Shown here: positions 28,230 through 37,944 of the stretch, one piece after another
How positions within the stretch are numbered: the stretch's first letter is position 1
Layout: each line of letters opens with the position of its first letter
Assembly (NCBI GenBank): GCA_030648265.1
Contig: JAUSHX010000040.1
Span: 1 to 61,890 of the forward strand
Source: a bacterium
GTDB lineage: Bacteria > Patescibacteriota > Minisyncoccia > Phycocordibacterales > UBA2100
Length of the DNA stretch: 61,890 nt
Direction: 5' to 3'
Position numbers and translations under genes: made by a program
Notes under the pieces: model-generated
What the model saw: the letters and a program-made list of their open reading frames with translations, nothing else
Told to the model about the DNA's origin: nothing
The model's database searches: none

Positions 28230-29575
28230 ATATTGAAGAAGTGATTGTGTAGTTTATTAACCGCCCGCTCCACATCCGCCGAGTGTATCACCAGGCTGAT
28301 GTTTATGTCCGACGCCCCCATGGATATCATCCGCAGAGGTATTTTTTCTTTACTGAATTGTGCGGACACGTCCCTCATTATATCCCGCGAAGTGGCGATT
28401 CCCTGGCCGATCAGCGATACCATGCCGAAGCTCTCTTTGTACACGCTCACTTTAGAGAACGTTTCAAGCTCTTTGATGACGCTCGCGAGGTGGTGCACGT
28501 CGTCCAATGTGACCGAGACGCTGACTTCTGAAACCGAAACCAAGTCTATGGATATCTGATGCCGTGCGAATATTTCAAACATGCGGGCAAGGAATCCTCG
28601 GGAAAAGAGCATGGCGTCCGAGTATACGTTGACCAAAACAACGTTTCGTTTGAACGCAATTGCTTTCAGCCCAACGCCGGTTGAGCGCGGACTGACGAGC
28701 GTGCCGGTTGTCCCGAGGTTGAACGTGTTCAATACCCTGACGGGTATGTTTTTCTCCACGGCGGGCCTGATTGTCCTCGGGTGTAGCACACGCGCCCCGA
28801 ACGCAGCCATTTCGGATGCTTCTCTGTACGAGATGTCCGTAATAACCCGTGCACTTTCGACGACGCGCGGGTCTGCGGTGAAGATGCCGTCCACATCTGT
28901 CCATATCTGAATTTCTTTTGAACTCAGCGCATGTCCAATGATGGATGCGGTATAGTCGGATCCTCCGCGCCCCAGCGTTGTGATACGGCCGTCTTTGGTA
29001 CAGCCCAGAAACCCCGTTACAACAGGGACAACCCCTCTCTTAATGAGCGGGCCAAGAATTTTCCCCGCATTTCTTTCAGTTTCATCCGGCATAAATTCCG
29101 CCTGCATGAAATTATCGTCAGTCGCAACTATCTCCGTTGAAATTATTTGCTCCGAATCAATGCCACCAGACCGCAGGGCATACGAAACAATATACGACGA
29201 CATAATTTCTCCTGAAGAAACGAGCTCGTCCATTTTTTCCGGCGTGAACTCTCCTCTGCGCGCGATTTTTTCCGCGTGCGCGAGCTGCGCCACTACGTAC
29301 GCCATAATTTCCGACACGTCCGATGCGGCAGGGAAGATGGCCGCGACCAATTTCTCATGCACAGTTCGGAGTGCCGAAATACGGCCGGAAATCTTGGCTT
29401 TCGGACATTTGGAAAACGCGAGCAGGGCTTCGGTTACCCCGCGTATTGCTGACACGACAACTACCGGATGCGCTTTCCGATACCTCTTCACTATCGCGAC
29501 GACCGCAAAAACGGCATCACGGCTGGCGACAGACGTGCCCCCAAATTTCATCACTATGTTTGAAACATTTGCCAT
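28226..29575 (-). CDS. lysC: Aspartate kinase
   Basis: ORF 28226..29683 trimmed to the ATG at 29575 (MANVSNIVMKFGGTSVAS), which sits 2 nt after the asd stop. C-terminal ACT domains are present. Confidence 0.85.
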   Translation of the reverse strand: MANVSNIVMKFGGTSVASRDAVFAVVAIVKRYRKAHPVVVVSAIRGVTEALLAFSKCPKAKISGRISALRTVHEKLVAAIFPAASDVSEIMAYVVAQLAHAEKIARRGEFTPEKMDELVSSGEIMSSYIVSYALRSGGIDSEQIISTEIVATDDNFMQAEFMPDETERNAGKILGPLIKRGVVPVVTGFLGCTKDGRITTLGRGGSDYTASIIGHALSSKEIQIWTDVDGIFTADPRVVESARVITDISYREASEMAAFGARVLHPRTIRPAVEKNIPVRVLNTFNLGTTGTLVSPRSTGVGLKAIAFKRNVVLVNVYSDAMLFSRGFLARMFEIFARHQISIDLVSVSEVSVSVTLDDVHHLASVIKELETFSKVSVYKESFGMVSLIGQGIATSRDIMRDVSAQFSKEKIPLRMISMGASDINISLVIHSADVERAVNKLHNHFFNI

Positions 29576-29577
29576 AG

Positions 29578-30681
29578 TTATCTCGCCTGCAAATATCCTT
29601 TTTCTTTTAGAAGTTCCGCAACGAGAATAGCACCTCCAGCCGCTCCGCGGATAGTGTTGTGGGAAAGGGCGACAAATTTCCATCCCAGTATCGGGTCTTC
29701 CCGCAACCTGCCAATGCTTATGCCCATGCCGTTCCCGATGTCGCGGTCCAGTTTCGTCTGCGGCCGGTTTTCTTCCTCAAAGTACGTGAGAAATTTCTCC
29801 GGTGTTGAAGGAAGGCCGAGTCCATCGATCGGGCTTTTGAAATCGCGGAACGCGGAAAGAATCTCATCTCTAGTCGGTTGTATGTTGAATGAAACATTAA
29901 TGGACGCCATATGGCCGTCGGTGACTGGAACCCGTATGCACGTGGCGGAGATTTGAGGAGTTTTCGCAAGTACAAACGCGCCGTTTTTAATACGCCCCCA
30001 TATTTTCATCGGTTCCCGTTCAGATTTTTCCTCCTCGCCGCCGATGAAGGGGATTACGTTGTCCAGAATTTCCGGCATCGTCTCAAATGTTTTGCCCGCG
30101 CCGGAGATTGCCTGAAGCGTTGAAACAATAACCGATTGCGGTTCAAATTGTTTTAACGCCTCCAGTGCCGGCATGAACGACTGCACCGAGCAGTTCGGTT
30201 TGACGACGATAAACCCGGTGTCCCACCCGCGATTTTTTTGTTGAATCGGAATCATCGCAAGATGGTCGGCGTTTATCTCCGGCAAAATCATCGGCACGTC
30301 GGCTGTCCACCGGTGGGCGGAATTGTTTGAAACGACCGGCATGCCCATTAACGCATACAGCTCCTCCAGCGAGCGGACGGCGTCTTTCTCCATGTCCATC
30401 GCGCTGAACACAAAATCTACGTGGTTTTTCATGTTCTCTACATCGTCTTCTACTGACAGAACAATTAAATCGCGCACGCTTGATGGAATAGACGTAGGGT
30501 AATTCCATCTGCCATCAACTGCTTCGGCGTACGTTTTTCCGGCGGAGTTTCTGGAAGCCGCGACCGCACGCACTTCAAACCACGGGTGGTTTTCAAGGAG
30601 CAACACAAATCGCTGGCCTACCATGCCGGTAGCGCCGAGAATGCCTACTGAAAGTTTTCTTGAAGCAGTTTTTCGGGTCAT
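29578..30681 (-). CDS. asd: Aspartate-semialdehyde dehydrogenase
   Basis: 367-aa ORF with VGILGATGMVGQRF, VKPNCSVQS (active-site Cys) and SHNTIRGAAGGAIL. Confidence 0.9.
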   Translation of the reverse strand: MTRKTASRKLSVGILGATGMVGQRFVLLLENHPWFEVRAVAASRNSAGKTYAEAVDGRWNYPTSIPSSVRDLIVLSVEDDVENMKNHVDFVFSAMDMEKDAVRSLEELYALMGMPVVSNNSAHRWTADVPMILPEINADHLAMIPIQQKNRGWDTGFIVVKPNCSVQSFMPALEALKQFEPQSVIVSTLQAISGAGKTFETMPEILDNVIPFIGGEEEKSEREPMKIWGRIKNGAFVLAKTPQISATCIRVPVTDGHMASINVSFNIQPTRDEILSAFRDFKSPIDGLGLPSTPEKFLTYFEEENRPQTKLDRDIGNGMGISIGRLREDPILGWKFVALSHNTIRGAAGGAILVAELLKEKGYLQAR

Positions 30682-30740
30682 ATGGATTTGAGAGGTAATA
30701 GTGCCTTTTATCCATCATTCTAACAAGTTTTTAGGAGATA

Positions 30741-30769
30741 TTGACAGAATTGTATCATTTTGTTATATT
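30741..30769 (+). promoter_or_regulatory. Sigma70-like promoter
   Basis: TTGACA (30741-30746), a 17-nt spacer, then TATATT (30764-30769), 25 nt upstream of the ATG at 30795. It diverges from the asd operon. Confidence 0.5.
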
Positions 30770-30794
30770 TATAACACATTAAACGTGACTTAAT

Positions 30795-31445
30795 ATGAAA
30801 ACTGTGAGCCAAGTTGTAGAAGGGGTAATACAGCGCTCTCCATTTCTCGCCGAAGCAATGGCGGAGGGACTGGCCAATAATGCGCAAATTGCTCGAAGAA
30901 TAAAACCTGAAGTGGAAAAGATATTGCTTGAGGAAGTTTCCGAGGGCTCAATCGCAATGGCACTGCACCGGATTGGAAAGGCGTCGCAACTTGTACCGTA
31001 CGGAACGCGGTTTCTGAAACAGATGAGCGACATCACCGTGCGCTCAAATTTGGTGCAGTTTGTTTTTCCGGATTCTGCGGACGTTTCCGCCGTCCTGGAG
31101 CGTGTGTCGCGTATCGCAAAAAATAAAAAAGGGGCATTCCTCAATTTCTCCCGGGGACTTTACGAGTCGCTTCTCATCGTAAGTCAGGAAATCGAGGACG
31201 AAGTACTCGCGTCGTTCGGAAACCAGAAATATTTGAAACGGATAGGCGGTCTCTCGGCAATCACGATGCGCTTGCCGGAGCCGAGCTTGAACGTTCCAGG
31301 ATTGTACTACCCGATACTGAAGGCAATCGCGGAGGACGGAATCAGTCTCGTGGAAGTCATGTCTGTCGGGACCGAGTTCAGCATCATATTTGCCGATAAA
31401 GACATAGACCGCGCGTTTTCCGCCATCAAAAGGATTACATCATAA
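30795..31445 (+). CDS. Uncharacterised protein with a C-terminal ACT-like domain
   Basis: 216-aa ORF. The C-terminus LYYPILKAIAEDGISLVEVMSVGTEFSIIFADKDIDRAFSAI resembles ACT regulatory domains. It is divergent from the lysine operon. Confidence 0.5.
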   Translation: MKTVSQVVEGVIQRSPFLAEAMAEGLANNAQIARRIKPEVEKILLEEVSEGSIAMALHRIGKASQLVPYGTRFLKQMSDITVRSNLVQFVFPDSADVSAVLERVSRIAKNKKGAFLNFSRGLYESLLIVSQEIEDEVLASFGNQKYLKRIGGLSAITMRLPEPSLNVPGLYYPILKAIAEDGISLVEVMSVGTEFSIIFADKDIDRAFSAIKRITS

Positions 31446-31465
31446 CCGTTACAACAATTGACTAC

Positions 31466-31509
31466 GAGAGTTACCATTAGTGTACATATGTACACTAATG
31501 GTAACTCTC
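31466..31509. repeat. Perfect 44-nt palindrome upstream of tmk
   Basis: GAGAGTTACCATTAGTGTACAT|ATGTACACTAATGGTAACTCTC. It generates the mirrored artefact ORFs that start MYICTLMVTL on both strands. Confidence 0.85.
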
Positions 31510-31551
31510 AAATCACTCGACCGCACTCTGTCTTTGGCGCATAATCTAGCG

Positions 31552-32169
31552 ATGAGGCACGGAACGTTTATTGTGATTGACGGCATCGGCGGGTGTGGTA
31601 AGACGACGCACGCAAAACTTCTTCACGCGAGGATGAGGAAAGGCACCGTGCTCACGCATGAACCGGGCGGAACGCCGCTTGCGGAAAAGATACGGAAACT
31701 TATTTTGCATAATCTAATTCCAACAGCTGATGTAACAACTGAGTTTTTTCTATTTTGGACGGCGCGTGCGGAGCACATGCGAGAAAAGATTGCTCCGGCG
31801 CTTCGCGCGGGCCGTCATGTTATCTGCGACCGTTTTGATTCCTCAACGTTTGCGTTTCAAATATTCGGCGAGAAACATCCGGAACTCACAAAACTTTTTT
31901 GGGAGGCGCGCAAAGTGGTCTTAGGGAAATACGAGCCGGATGCATATATCATTCTTGATATTCCGGTTGCAGTGGCGGAGAAGCGCCGCGCAGGGAGACC
32001 GCCCCGAAAAGACCGTTTTGATGACAATCCACGTGCATTCCAAGGACGGGTGCGAGCCGGCTTCAAAACGTTCGCCGAGGAAATCGGGCAATGTGCGCAC
32101 ATTGTGAATGCCAATCGCGCACCAAAAGAAGTGGAGCAAGATATCTTGCGTATTGTATCTAACTACTGA
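31552..32169 (+). CDS. tmk: Thymidylate kinase
   Basis: ORF 31480..32169 trimmed to M25 (ATG at 31552). MRHGTFIVIDGIGGCGKTT is the P-loop, followed by CDRFDSS. Confidence 0.85.
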   Translation: MRHGTFIVIDGIGGCGKTTHAKLLHARMRKGTVLTHEPGGTPLAEKIRKLILHNLIPTADVTTEFFLFWTARAEHMREKIAPALRAGRHVICDRFDSSTFAFQIFGEKHPELTKLFWEARKVVLGKYEPDAYIILDIPVAVAEKRRAGRPPRKDRFDDNPRAFQGRVRAGFKTFAEEIGQCAHIVNANRAPKEVEQDILRIVSNY

Positions 32170-32318
32170 CTACGAACTACTGACTACTAACTACCCTAGA
32201 GCTTGCTTGACCGTGGGCTCAAATTAAATCATAGTATCCGCTGGCTGTCTTTGTAGTTGTTCTTTGACAGCCAGGGCGCAAGGCGTATTTTTTTCTTGTT
32301 TTTTTACAGGAGATAGGC

Positions 32319-32606
32319 ATGGCCACTAGCGAAACGACCAAGGGAATCGGGAACATTCTTGCCGACTCCCAACGACACGCCGAAATCAGGGAACAGCGGA
32401 TTCGGCCGAACATACGGGAATATACTGTGGGTCCCGGAACGCTGTCCAACCCGCTGATGCCTGGCTGGGACAAGTTCAAGTTCGACAAGTCCAAGATTGA
32501 CCTGACACCAGACCTATGCAACCCACTCTACCACGGCAAGTTGCCAGAGAGCGGAGAGCCTGTGCGTCACCACGGCTTTGTCGACGGTCCCGATCTTTGC
32601 GACTAA
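32319..32606 (+). CDS. Hypothetical small protein
   Basis: 95-aa ORF preceded by AGGAGA, one of the few clear SD-like sequences here. It is followed by a 10-bp GC-rich hairpin at 32631-32661. No recognisable motif. Confidence 0.35.
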   Translation: MATSETTKGIGNILADSQRHAEIREQRIRPNIREYTVGPGTLSNPLMPGWDKFKFDKSKIDLTPDLCNPLYHGKLPESGEPVRHHGFVDGPDLCD

Positions 32607-32719
32607 GTCGTATTGTTGGGATTTTAAATGGGTCTGCGCGAGTGATTTTTGCGCAGACCCATCGCTTACATATTTTAGTCAGTATCAGCGAGTCAATGGT
32701 ATTATTTGACAATCAGTGT

Positions 32720-34402
32720 ATGAATATTGCCGATAATTTAAAACAGGTGCTTGCGCGATCTCTGGGGGAGGCGGGAATCAAAGTTTCCGCGGAATATGTG
32801 GCGCTCGCGCGGCCGAAAGAACTTTCACACGGAGATTACGCGACCGGCGCGGCACTGCAGTACTCCAAGCAGGTTGGCATGCCCCCCGCAAAGCTCGCGG
32901 AAAAAATTGTCGCCGGATTGGGGACATTAAACGGGGTTAAGCGTGTTGAAGTCGTCGCTCCTGGTTTTATAAATTTCCATCTGACGCCGGATACTATCAA
33001 CAATGTTCTAGGGGAGGCGATTGCAAATGAGGAAGCGTGGGGAAGAAATGACTTGCAGAAAGATTCGCGCGTGATGGTGGAGTACACAGACCCCAATCCT
33101 TTCAAGGAATTTCACATTGGCCACTTGATGAGCAATGCAATCGGCGAATCCATTTCTCGCCTCGTAGAATATTCCGGCGCTGAAGTGAAGCGTGCTAACT
33201 ATCAGGGCGACGTGGGGCCGCATGTGGCAAAAGCCATTTGGAGCATTCAAAAACACGGCGGTGACGCGCATGATGCGAATGTTCTTGGAAAAGCGTATGT
33301 GGATGGTTCCAATGCATATGAAAGCGATGCCGAAGCGAAAGCGCAAATTGATGCATTGAACGGAAAAATCTATGACCGCTCTGACCCGCAGGTAAATGCG
33401 ATTTACGATGCGGGGTGCGATGCGTCTCTCAAGCATTTTGAAGAAATCTACAAAACACTTGGTACAAAGTTTGACTATTCTTTTTTTGAAAGTGAAACGG
33501 CGCCATTCGGTAAGAAAATCGTTGAAGAACATCCTGAAATATTTGAGAAAAGCGACGGCGCGATTGTCTACAAAGGGGACGAGAAAAAAGGATTGCATAC
33601 GCGCGTATTTATAAATTCCAAAGGTCTTCCGACCTACGAGGCAAAAGAGCTTGGTCTGGCAAAGAAGAAACACGACACATATCCGTACGACAAATCCATC
33701 GTCATCACCGGAAATGAAGTCAACGAGTATTTCAGAGTGTTGCTGGATGCAATGTCAAAAGTTTATCCTGACCTTGCCACAAAAACCGTTCACATTTCGC
33801 ACGGCATGATGCGCTTGTCTTCCGGCAAGATGTCGTCGCGTACAGGCGATGTAATAACGGGCGAGTCGCTTATCGCAGAATTGAAAGAACGTGCCACCGC
33901 ACGAGCTTCAGAGAGTCGGGCCGATGACGCAGAAAGACTTGCCGAGCAAATTGCGGTTTCTGCGGTGAAGTATCAGATATTAAGACAGGCATCGGGCAAG
34001 GATATTATTTTTGACCGCGAGCGCGCGCTTTCGCTTGAAGGTGATTCGGGGCCGTATCTGCAATACGCGCATGCGCGGGCGTATGCCGTTGTTGAAAGGG
34101 CGAAATCTCAAGGTGTCACCTTGGGGATTCAAAAAGGTGACACCTTGGAACCCAACGACGTTTCCCGCCTCGTCACGCGTTTTCCGGAGGTCGTCTTGTA
34201 TGCGGCGGAAAAGCTTGAGCCGCACTTGCTAGCGAATTATTTGATTTCGCTTGCCGGCGCATTCAACAGTTGGTACGCGCAGGTGCACATTTTGGATGGA
34301 ACGAAAGAAGCCCCGCACAAAGTCGCAATAGTGAACGCGGTTCGTGCGACACTGAAGAATGGCCTGTGGCTTCTGGGTATATCAGCACCCGAGAAAATGT
34401 GA
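32720..34402 (+). CDS. argS: Arginine--tRNA ligase
   Basis: ORF 32516..34402 trimmed to the ATG at 32720 (MNIADNLKQVL). Contains TDPNPFKEFHIGHL (HIGH) and the MSSR variant of KMSK, plus a C-terminal DALR anticodon-binding region. Confidence 0.9.
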   Translation: MNIADNLKQVLARSLGEAGIKVSAEYVALARPKELSHGDYATGAALQYSKQVGMPPAKLAEKIVAGLGTLNGVKRVEVVAPGFINFHLTPDTINNVLGEAIANEEAWGRNDLQKDSRVMVEYTDPNPFKEFHIGHLMSNAIGESISRLVEYSGAEVKRANYQGDVGPHVAKAIWSIQKHGGDAHDANVLGKAYVDGSNAYESDAEAKAQIDALNGKIYDRSDPQVNAIYDAGCDASLKHFEEIYKTLGTKFDYSFFESETAPFGKKIVEEHPEIFEKSDGAIVYKGDEKKGLHTRVFINSKGLPTYEAKELGLAKKKHDTYPYDKSIVITGNEVNEYFRVLLDAMSKVYPDLATKTVHISHGMMRLSSGKMSSRTGDVITGESLIAELKERATARASESRADDAERLAEQIAVSAVKYQILRQASGKDIIFDRERALSLEGDSGPYLQYAHARAYAVVERAKSQGVTLGIQKGDTLEPNDVSRLVTRFPEVVLYAAEKLEPHLLANYLISLAGAFNSWYAQVHILDGTKEAPHKVAIVNAVRATLKNGLWLLGISAPEKM

Positions 34403-34431
34403 TTGACATAAGGATTATCTAAAGATAAACT
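34403..34431 (+). promoter_or_regulatory. Sigma70-like promoter of the toxin-antitoxin pair
   Basis: TTGACA (34403-34408), a 17-nt spacer, then TAAACT (34426-34431), 6 nt before the ATG at 34438. Confidence 0.45.
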
Positions 34432-34437
34432 TCAGCC

Positions 34438-34683
34438 ATGACTAAAATAATTGGATTAAAGGATTTGCGAGAAAATACCGAACAGTACATTTCTCATGTC
34501 AAAAAAGGGAAGTCGTTTCTTGTCGTCAGACGTTCAAAGCCGATTTTTCGCGTTTCCCCCGTTGATGAGTGGGGCGACGAGGGCGTGTGGGAGACCGTCG
34601 CAGATTTCACTAAAATCAACAAGAAAGGGGTGCCGATTGATAGCGTTATAGCGTCTCTGAAACGCTTGCATGCACAGAATTGA
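34438..34683 (+). CDS. Type II antitoxin, Phd/YefM-like
   Basis: 81-aa ORF. IGLKDLRENTEQYISHVKKGKSFLVVRRSKPIFRVSPV matches the Phd/YefM N-terminal pattern. It overlaps the downstream toxin gene by 14 nt. Confidence 0.65.
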   Translation: MTKIIGLKDLRENTEQYISHVKKGKSFLVVRRSKPIFRVSPVDEWGDEGVWETVADFTKINKKGVPIDSVIASLKRLHAQN

Positions 34684-34912
34684 CAAATTTCTTGCGCGGC
34701 TTGATGTAAAGTTGCGGCAGAAAGTGCTTGATATTGCCGAACGCATTAAAAACGGCGATTTTTCCGGGCTTGATATGCGCAAACTTAAAGGCTCACAGGA
34801 TGTCTATCGCGTCCGCGTCGGGCGGGTGCGGATTAAGTTCATCATGGACGCATCGGGCATCCGTGTTCTCAACATTGATAATCGCAATGAGAACACGTAT
34901 CGTGATATTTAA
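34670..34912 (+). CDS. Type II toxin, RelE/ParE superfamily
   Basis: 80-aa ORF with ...GDFSGLDMRKLKGSQDVYRVRVGRVRIKFIMD..IRVLNIDNRNENTY, the RelE/ParE-type YR(V/I)R(V/I)G motif. Confidence 0.65.
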   Translation: MHRIDKFLARLDVKLRQKVLDIAERIKNGDFSGLDMRKLKGSQDVYRVRVGRVRIKFIMDASGIRVLNIDNRNENTYRDI

Positions 34913-34957
34913 CTACACGGAACGGTTTCCATTGTTGCCAAGTAAACGCTAAGATGA

Positions 34958-37942
34958 ATGATTATGGCCGATGCAAAACTGAAATCAGAAACCGCAAAAC
35001 GGGAAGAGGTAACCCTCGCTTTTTGGAAGGAGCACAAAATCTTTGAGAAATCTCTTCAAAAGGACGCGCCCAAGGGTGAATACGTTTTTTACGACGGACC
35101 GCCTTTTGCGACTGGGCTACCTCACTACGGACACATTGTCGCTTCGGTGATTAAGGATGTCGTTCCGCGCTACTGGACGATGCGCGGCTACCATGTGCCG
35201 CGCGTGTGGGGCTGGGATTGCCACGGATTGCCGATAGAGAACATCGTGGAGAAAGAACTCGGTTTCAAGCACAAGAAAGACATCAAGGAATACGGTATAG
35301 CAAAATTCAACGAGCGGTGCCGCGAGCGGGTGCTCACGTATGCATCGGAGTGGGAGAAAATAATCCCGCGCATCGGCCGGTGGGCCGACATGGAGCACGC
35401 CTACCGCACGATGGACAAACCGTTCATGGAATCCGTCTGGTGGGTGTTCAAACAAATCTACGACCAAGGGTTGGTCTATAAGGATTACCGCTCAATGCAC
35501 ATCTGCCCGCGATGCGAGACGACTCTTTCCCAGCAGGAAGTCGCGGAAGGGTATAAGGATGTAAAAGATATTTCGGTAACGGTGAAGTTTAAATTGAAGA
35601 ATCCGGTTAAACTTCCATTCAAGATACCCGCGAACGCAAGTGTGTATATGCTCGCATGGACGACAACGCCCTGGACTCTACCAGGCAATGTGGCACTTGC
35701 TGTAAATAATGACGTTGATTATCGACTAGTATTAGATATCGATAAAAATGAGGTTTTGATTGTCTCGGATCGATATCACACCTTGAATCAGGATTTCCAC
35801 AATACACCCAATTTTGCGATGCTTCCGACGCAAAGTGGAGCAGAGGCACTTAAGGGGCATCAACTGGTCGGTCTCGAATACGAACCACTTTTTGATTACT
35901 ACGCCAACGACACAACGTTAAAGAACCGTGAAAACGGCTGGAAAGTCTATGCGGCGGATTTCATAACGACCGAAGCAGGTACAGGAATTGCGCACGAGGC
36001 ACCGGCGTTCGGCGCTGACGATTGGGAACTCGCTAAAAAAGAGAATTTGCCGTTCGTTCAACACGTAAACATGGACGGCACATTCAAGCCGGAAGTGGCT
36101 GATTTTGCGGGAATAGAGGTAAAGCCGATTGATGACCCGCAGGCGACCGATGTTCTGATAATTAAGCATCTCGCGCACAAAGGCCTGCTCTTCTCAAAGG
36201 AAAAAGTTGAACACTCATATCCGCATTGTTGGCGCTGTGAGACACCACTCCTCAACTACGCGACATCCTCATGGTTTGTTTCCGTTACAAAGCTCAAAGA
36301 AAACCTGCTTGAGAACGCCAAGAATATCAATTGGTCGCCTGCGCACATCAAAGAAGGGCGTTTTGGGGATTGGCTCCAAGGCGCGCGCGATTGGTCAATT
36401 TCCCGCCAACGCTTTTGGGCGAGCGTAATTCCGATATGGAAATGTGAGAAATGTAAGAAACTGAAAGTATTCGGAAGCGTCGCGGAACTTGAGGAAGCGA
36501 GCGGAAAGAAAGTTGACGATTTGCATAAACACATTGTTGATGAAATTACCGTGCCATGCGTGCCCTCCGAAGCCTTGGCGAAGGAGGGCGGGTGCGGCGG
36601 CGAGATGAGGCGTGTTCCCGATGTGTTGGACACATGGTTTGATTCCGGTTCCATGCCATACGGCGAGCGGCACTACCCATTTGCGTTTTCGACGGATTCT
36701 AAAGGTACGACCTTGGACCCCACAAAGCTCGCACCTTGGTCAAAAACGTTTCCCGCACAATTTATCGCCGAAGGTCTGGACCAGACGCGCGCGTGGTTCT
36801 ACTACCTGCATGTATTCGCAGGCGCCCTGTTCAAGAAAAATGCTTTTCAGAATGTAATCGTCAACGGAATCGTGCTTGCGGAAGACGGCAAGAAGATGTC
36901 CAAGAAACTTCAGAATTATCCCGACCCCATGGAAGTGGTTGATAAGTATGGCGCCGATGCGCTCCGCTTTTATCTGCTTTCGTCTCCCGTTATGCAGGCC
37001 GAGAATTTGAGCTTCTCGGAAAAAGGCGTGGACGAAGTTGCAAAGAAAAATATCAGCCGGCTCGGTAACGTTTTGGCTTTCTATCAAATGTATGCGGATG
37101 ATACCAGGCGGGGGAGCGACAGTGCCAATGTACTTGATAGATGGATTCTTGCACGGCTAGACCAGCTGATTCGCGAATCCACGCAAGGTTTTGAAAAGTA
37201 CCAACTGGACACGGCGACGAGACCGATAGTTCTTTTTATTGACGACCTTTCGGTGTGGTATTTGCGGAGAAGCCGCGAACGTTTCAAGAAGGGCGGGGAC
37301 GATGCGAAAGCGGCACGCGCGATTTTGCGGCACGTCCTCTACACACTCTCGCTGATTATCGCGCCGTCAATGCCGTTCTTGGCCGAGCATCTGTTTCAGG
37401 CGGTGAAAGAAGGGAACGACCCGGAGAGCGTGCATCTTGCAGAGTGGCCTTCGTCTTCGCAGACAGGATTTCTTGCGCAGTTGTTCGGCAAAAAAGACAG
37501 CATTCTTCGCGACATGGTAGCGGCGCGAAGCATCGTCACACAAGCGCTTGAAGCTAGGGACGTAGCGAAGATAAAAGTGCGTCAGCCATTACAGAAGTTA
37601 ACAGTTAACAGTAAACAGTTGACAGGGAGAAACAAAAAGGCGCTTCTTCAACTTATACAAGATGAGGTTAACGTCAAGGAAATTGAGACGGGCGACACTA
37701 TTATGCTTGACACGAATATCACCGATGAGTTGCGCGAGGAGGGCATCGTGCGAGACAAACTTCGAGAAGTTCAGACTTTCCGAAAAGAGAAGAGTCTCCG
37801 GCCCGGAGAGCACACTTCGTATACGATGAAGGTCTCAGAAGCAGAGAAAAGCATAGTTGAAAAGCACAAAGAGATTATTGAGATGAGAACGGATTCAACC
37901 ATCAGCGTGTCACTTTCTAGGGATGATTTTGATTCACAATAA
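34958..37942 (+). CDS. ileS: Isoleucine--tRNA ligase
   Basis: 994-aa ORF with PPFATGLPHYGHI (HIGH), a CP1 editing region and KMSKKLQNY (KMSKS). Confidence 0.95.
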   Translation: MIMADAKLKSETAKREEVTLAFWKEHKIFEKSLQKDAPKGEYVFYDGPPFATGLPHYGHIVASVIKDVVPRYWTMRGYHVPRVWGWDCHGLPIENIVEKELGFKHKKDIKEYGIAKFNERCRERVLTYASEWEKIIPRIGRWADMEHAYRTMDKPFMESVWWVFKQIYDQGLVYKDYRSMHICPRCETTLSQQEVAEGYKDVKDISVTVKFKLKNPVKLPFKIPANASVYMLAWTTTPWTLPGNVALAVNNDVDYRLVLDIDKNEVLIVSDRYHTLNQDFHNTPNFAMLPTQSGAEALKGHQLVGLEYEPLFDYYANDTTLKNRENGWKVYAADFITTEAGTGIAHEAPAFGADDWELAKKENLPFVQHVNMDGTFKPEVADFAGIEVKPIDDPQATDVLIIKHLAHKGLLFSKEKVEHSYPHCWRCETPLLNYATSSWFVSVTKLKENLLENAKNINWSPAHIKEGRFGDWLQGARDWSISRQRFWASVIPIWKCEKCKKLKVFGSVAELEEASGKKVDDLHKHIVDEITVPCVPSEALAKEGGCGGEMRRVPDVLDTWFDSGSMPYGERHYPFAFSTDSKGTTLDPTKLAPWSKTFPAQFIAEGLDQTRAWFYYLHVFAGALFKKNAFQNVIVNGIVLAEDGKKMSKKLQNYPDPMEVVDKYGADALRFYLLSSPVMQAENLSFSEKGVDEVAKKNISRLGNVLAFYQMYADDTRRGSDSANVLDRWILARLDQLIRESTQGFEKYQLDTATRPIVLFIDDLSVWYLRRSRERFKKGGDDAKAARAILRHVLYTLSLIIAPSMPFLAEHLFQAVKEGNDPESVHLAEWPSSSQTGFLAQLFGKKDSILRDMVAARSIVTQALEARDVAKIKVRQPLQKLTVNSKQLTGRNKKALLQLIQDEVNVKEIETGDTIMLDTNITDELREEGIVRDKLREVQTFRKEKSLRPGEHTSYTMKVSEAEKSIVEKHKEIIEMRTDSTISVSLSRDDFDSQ

Positions 37943-37944
37943 TC

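Noticed and set aside
31307-31551. ORFs starting MYICTLMVTL on both strands (31307..31495 minus, and the 31480 start of the tmk ORF)
   Set aside because: They are mirror-image artefacts of the 44-nt perfect palindrome. The P-loop of tmk begins right after the internal ATG at 31552.
33008-33673. Long antisense ORFs inside confident genes: 33008..33673 in argS, 44723..45472 in tatD, 49539..50294 in recA, 55386..55912 in the surface-protein gene and 10959..11375 in the membrane-protein gene
   Set aside because: Each lies entirely within, and opposite to, a gene with strong family motifs. Their compositions are Arg/Cys/Ser-rich, as expected for shadow frames at about 50% GC.
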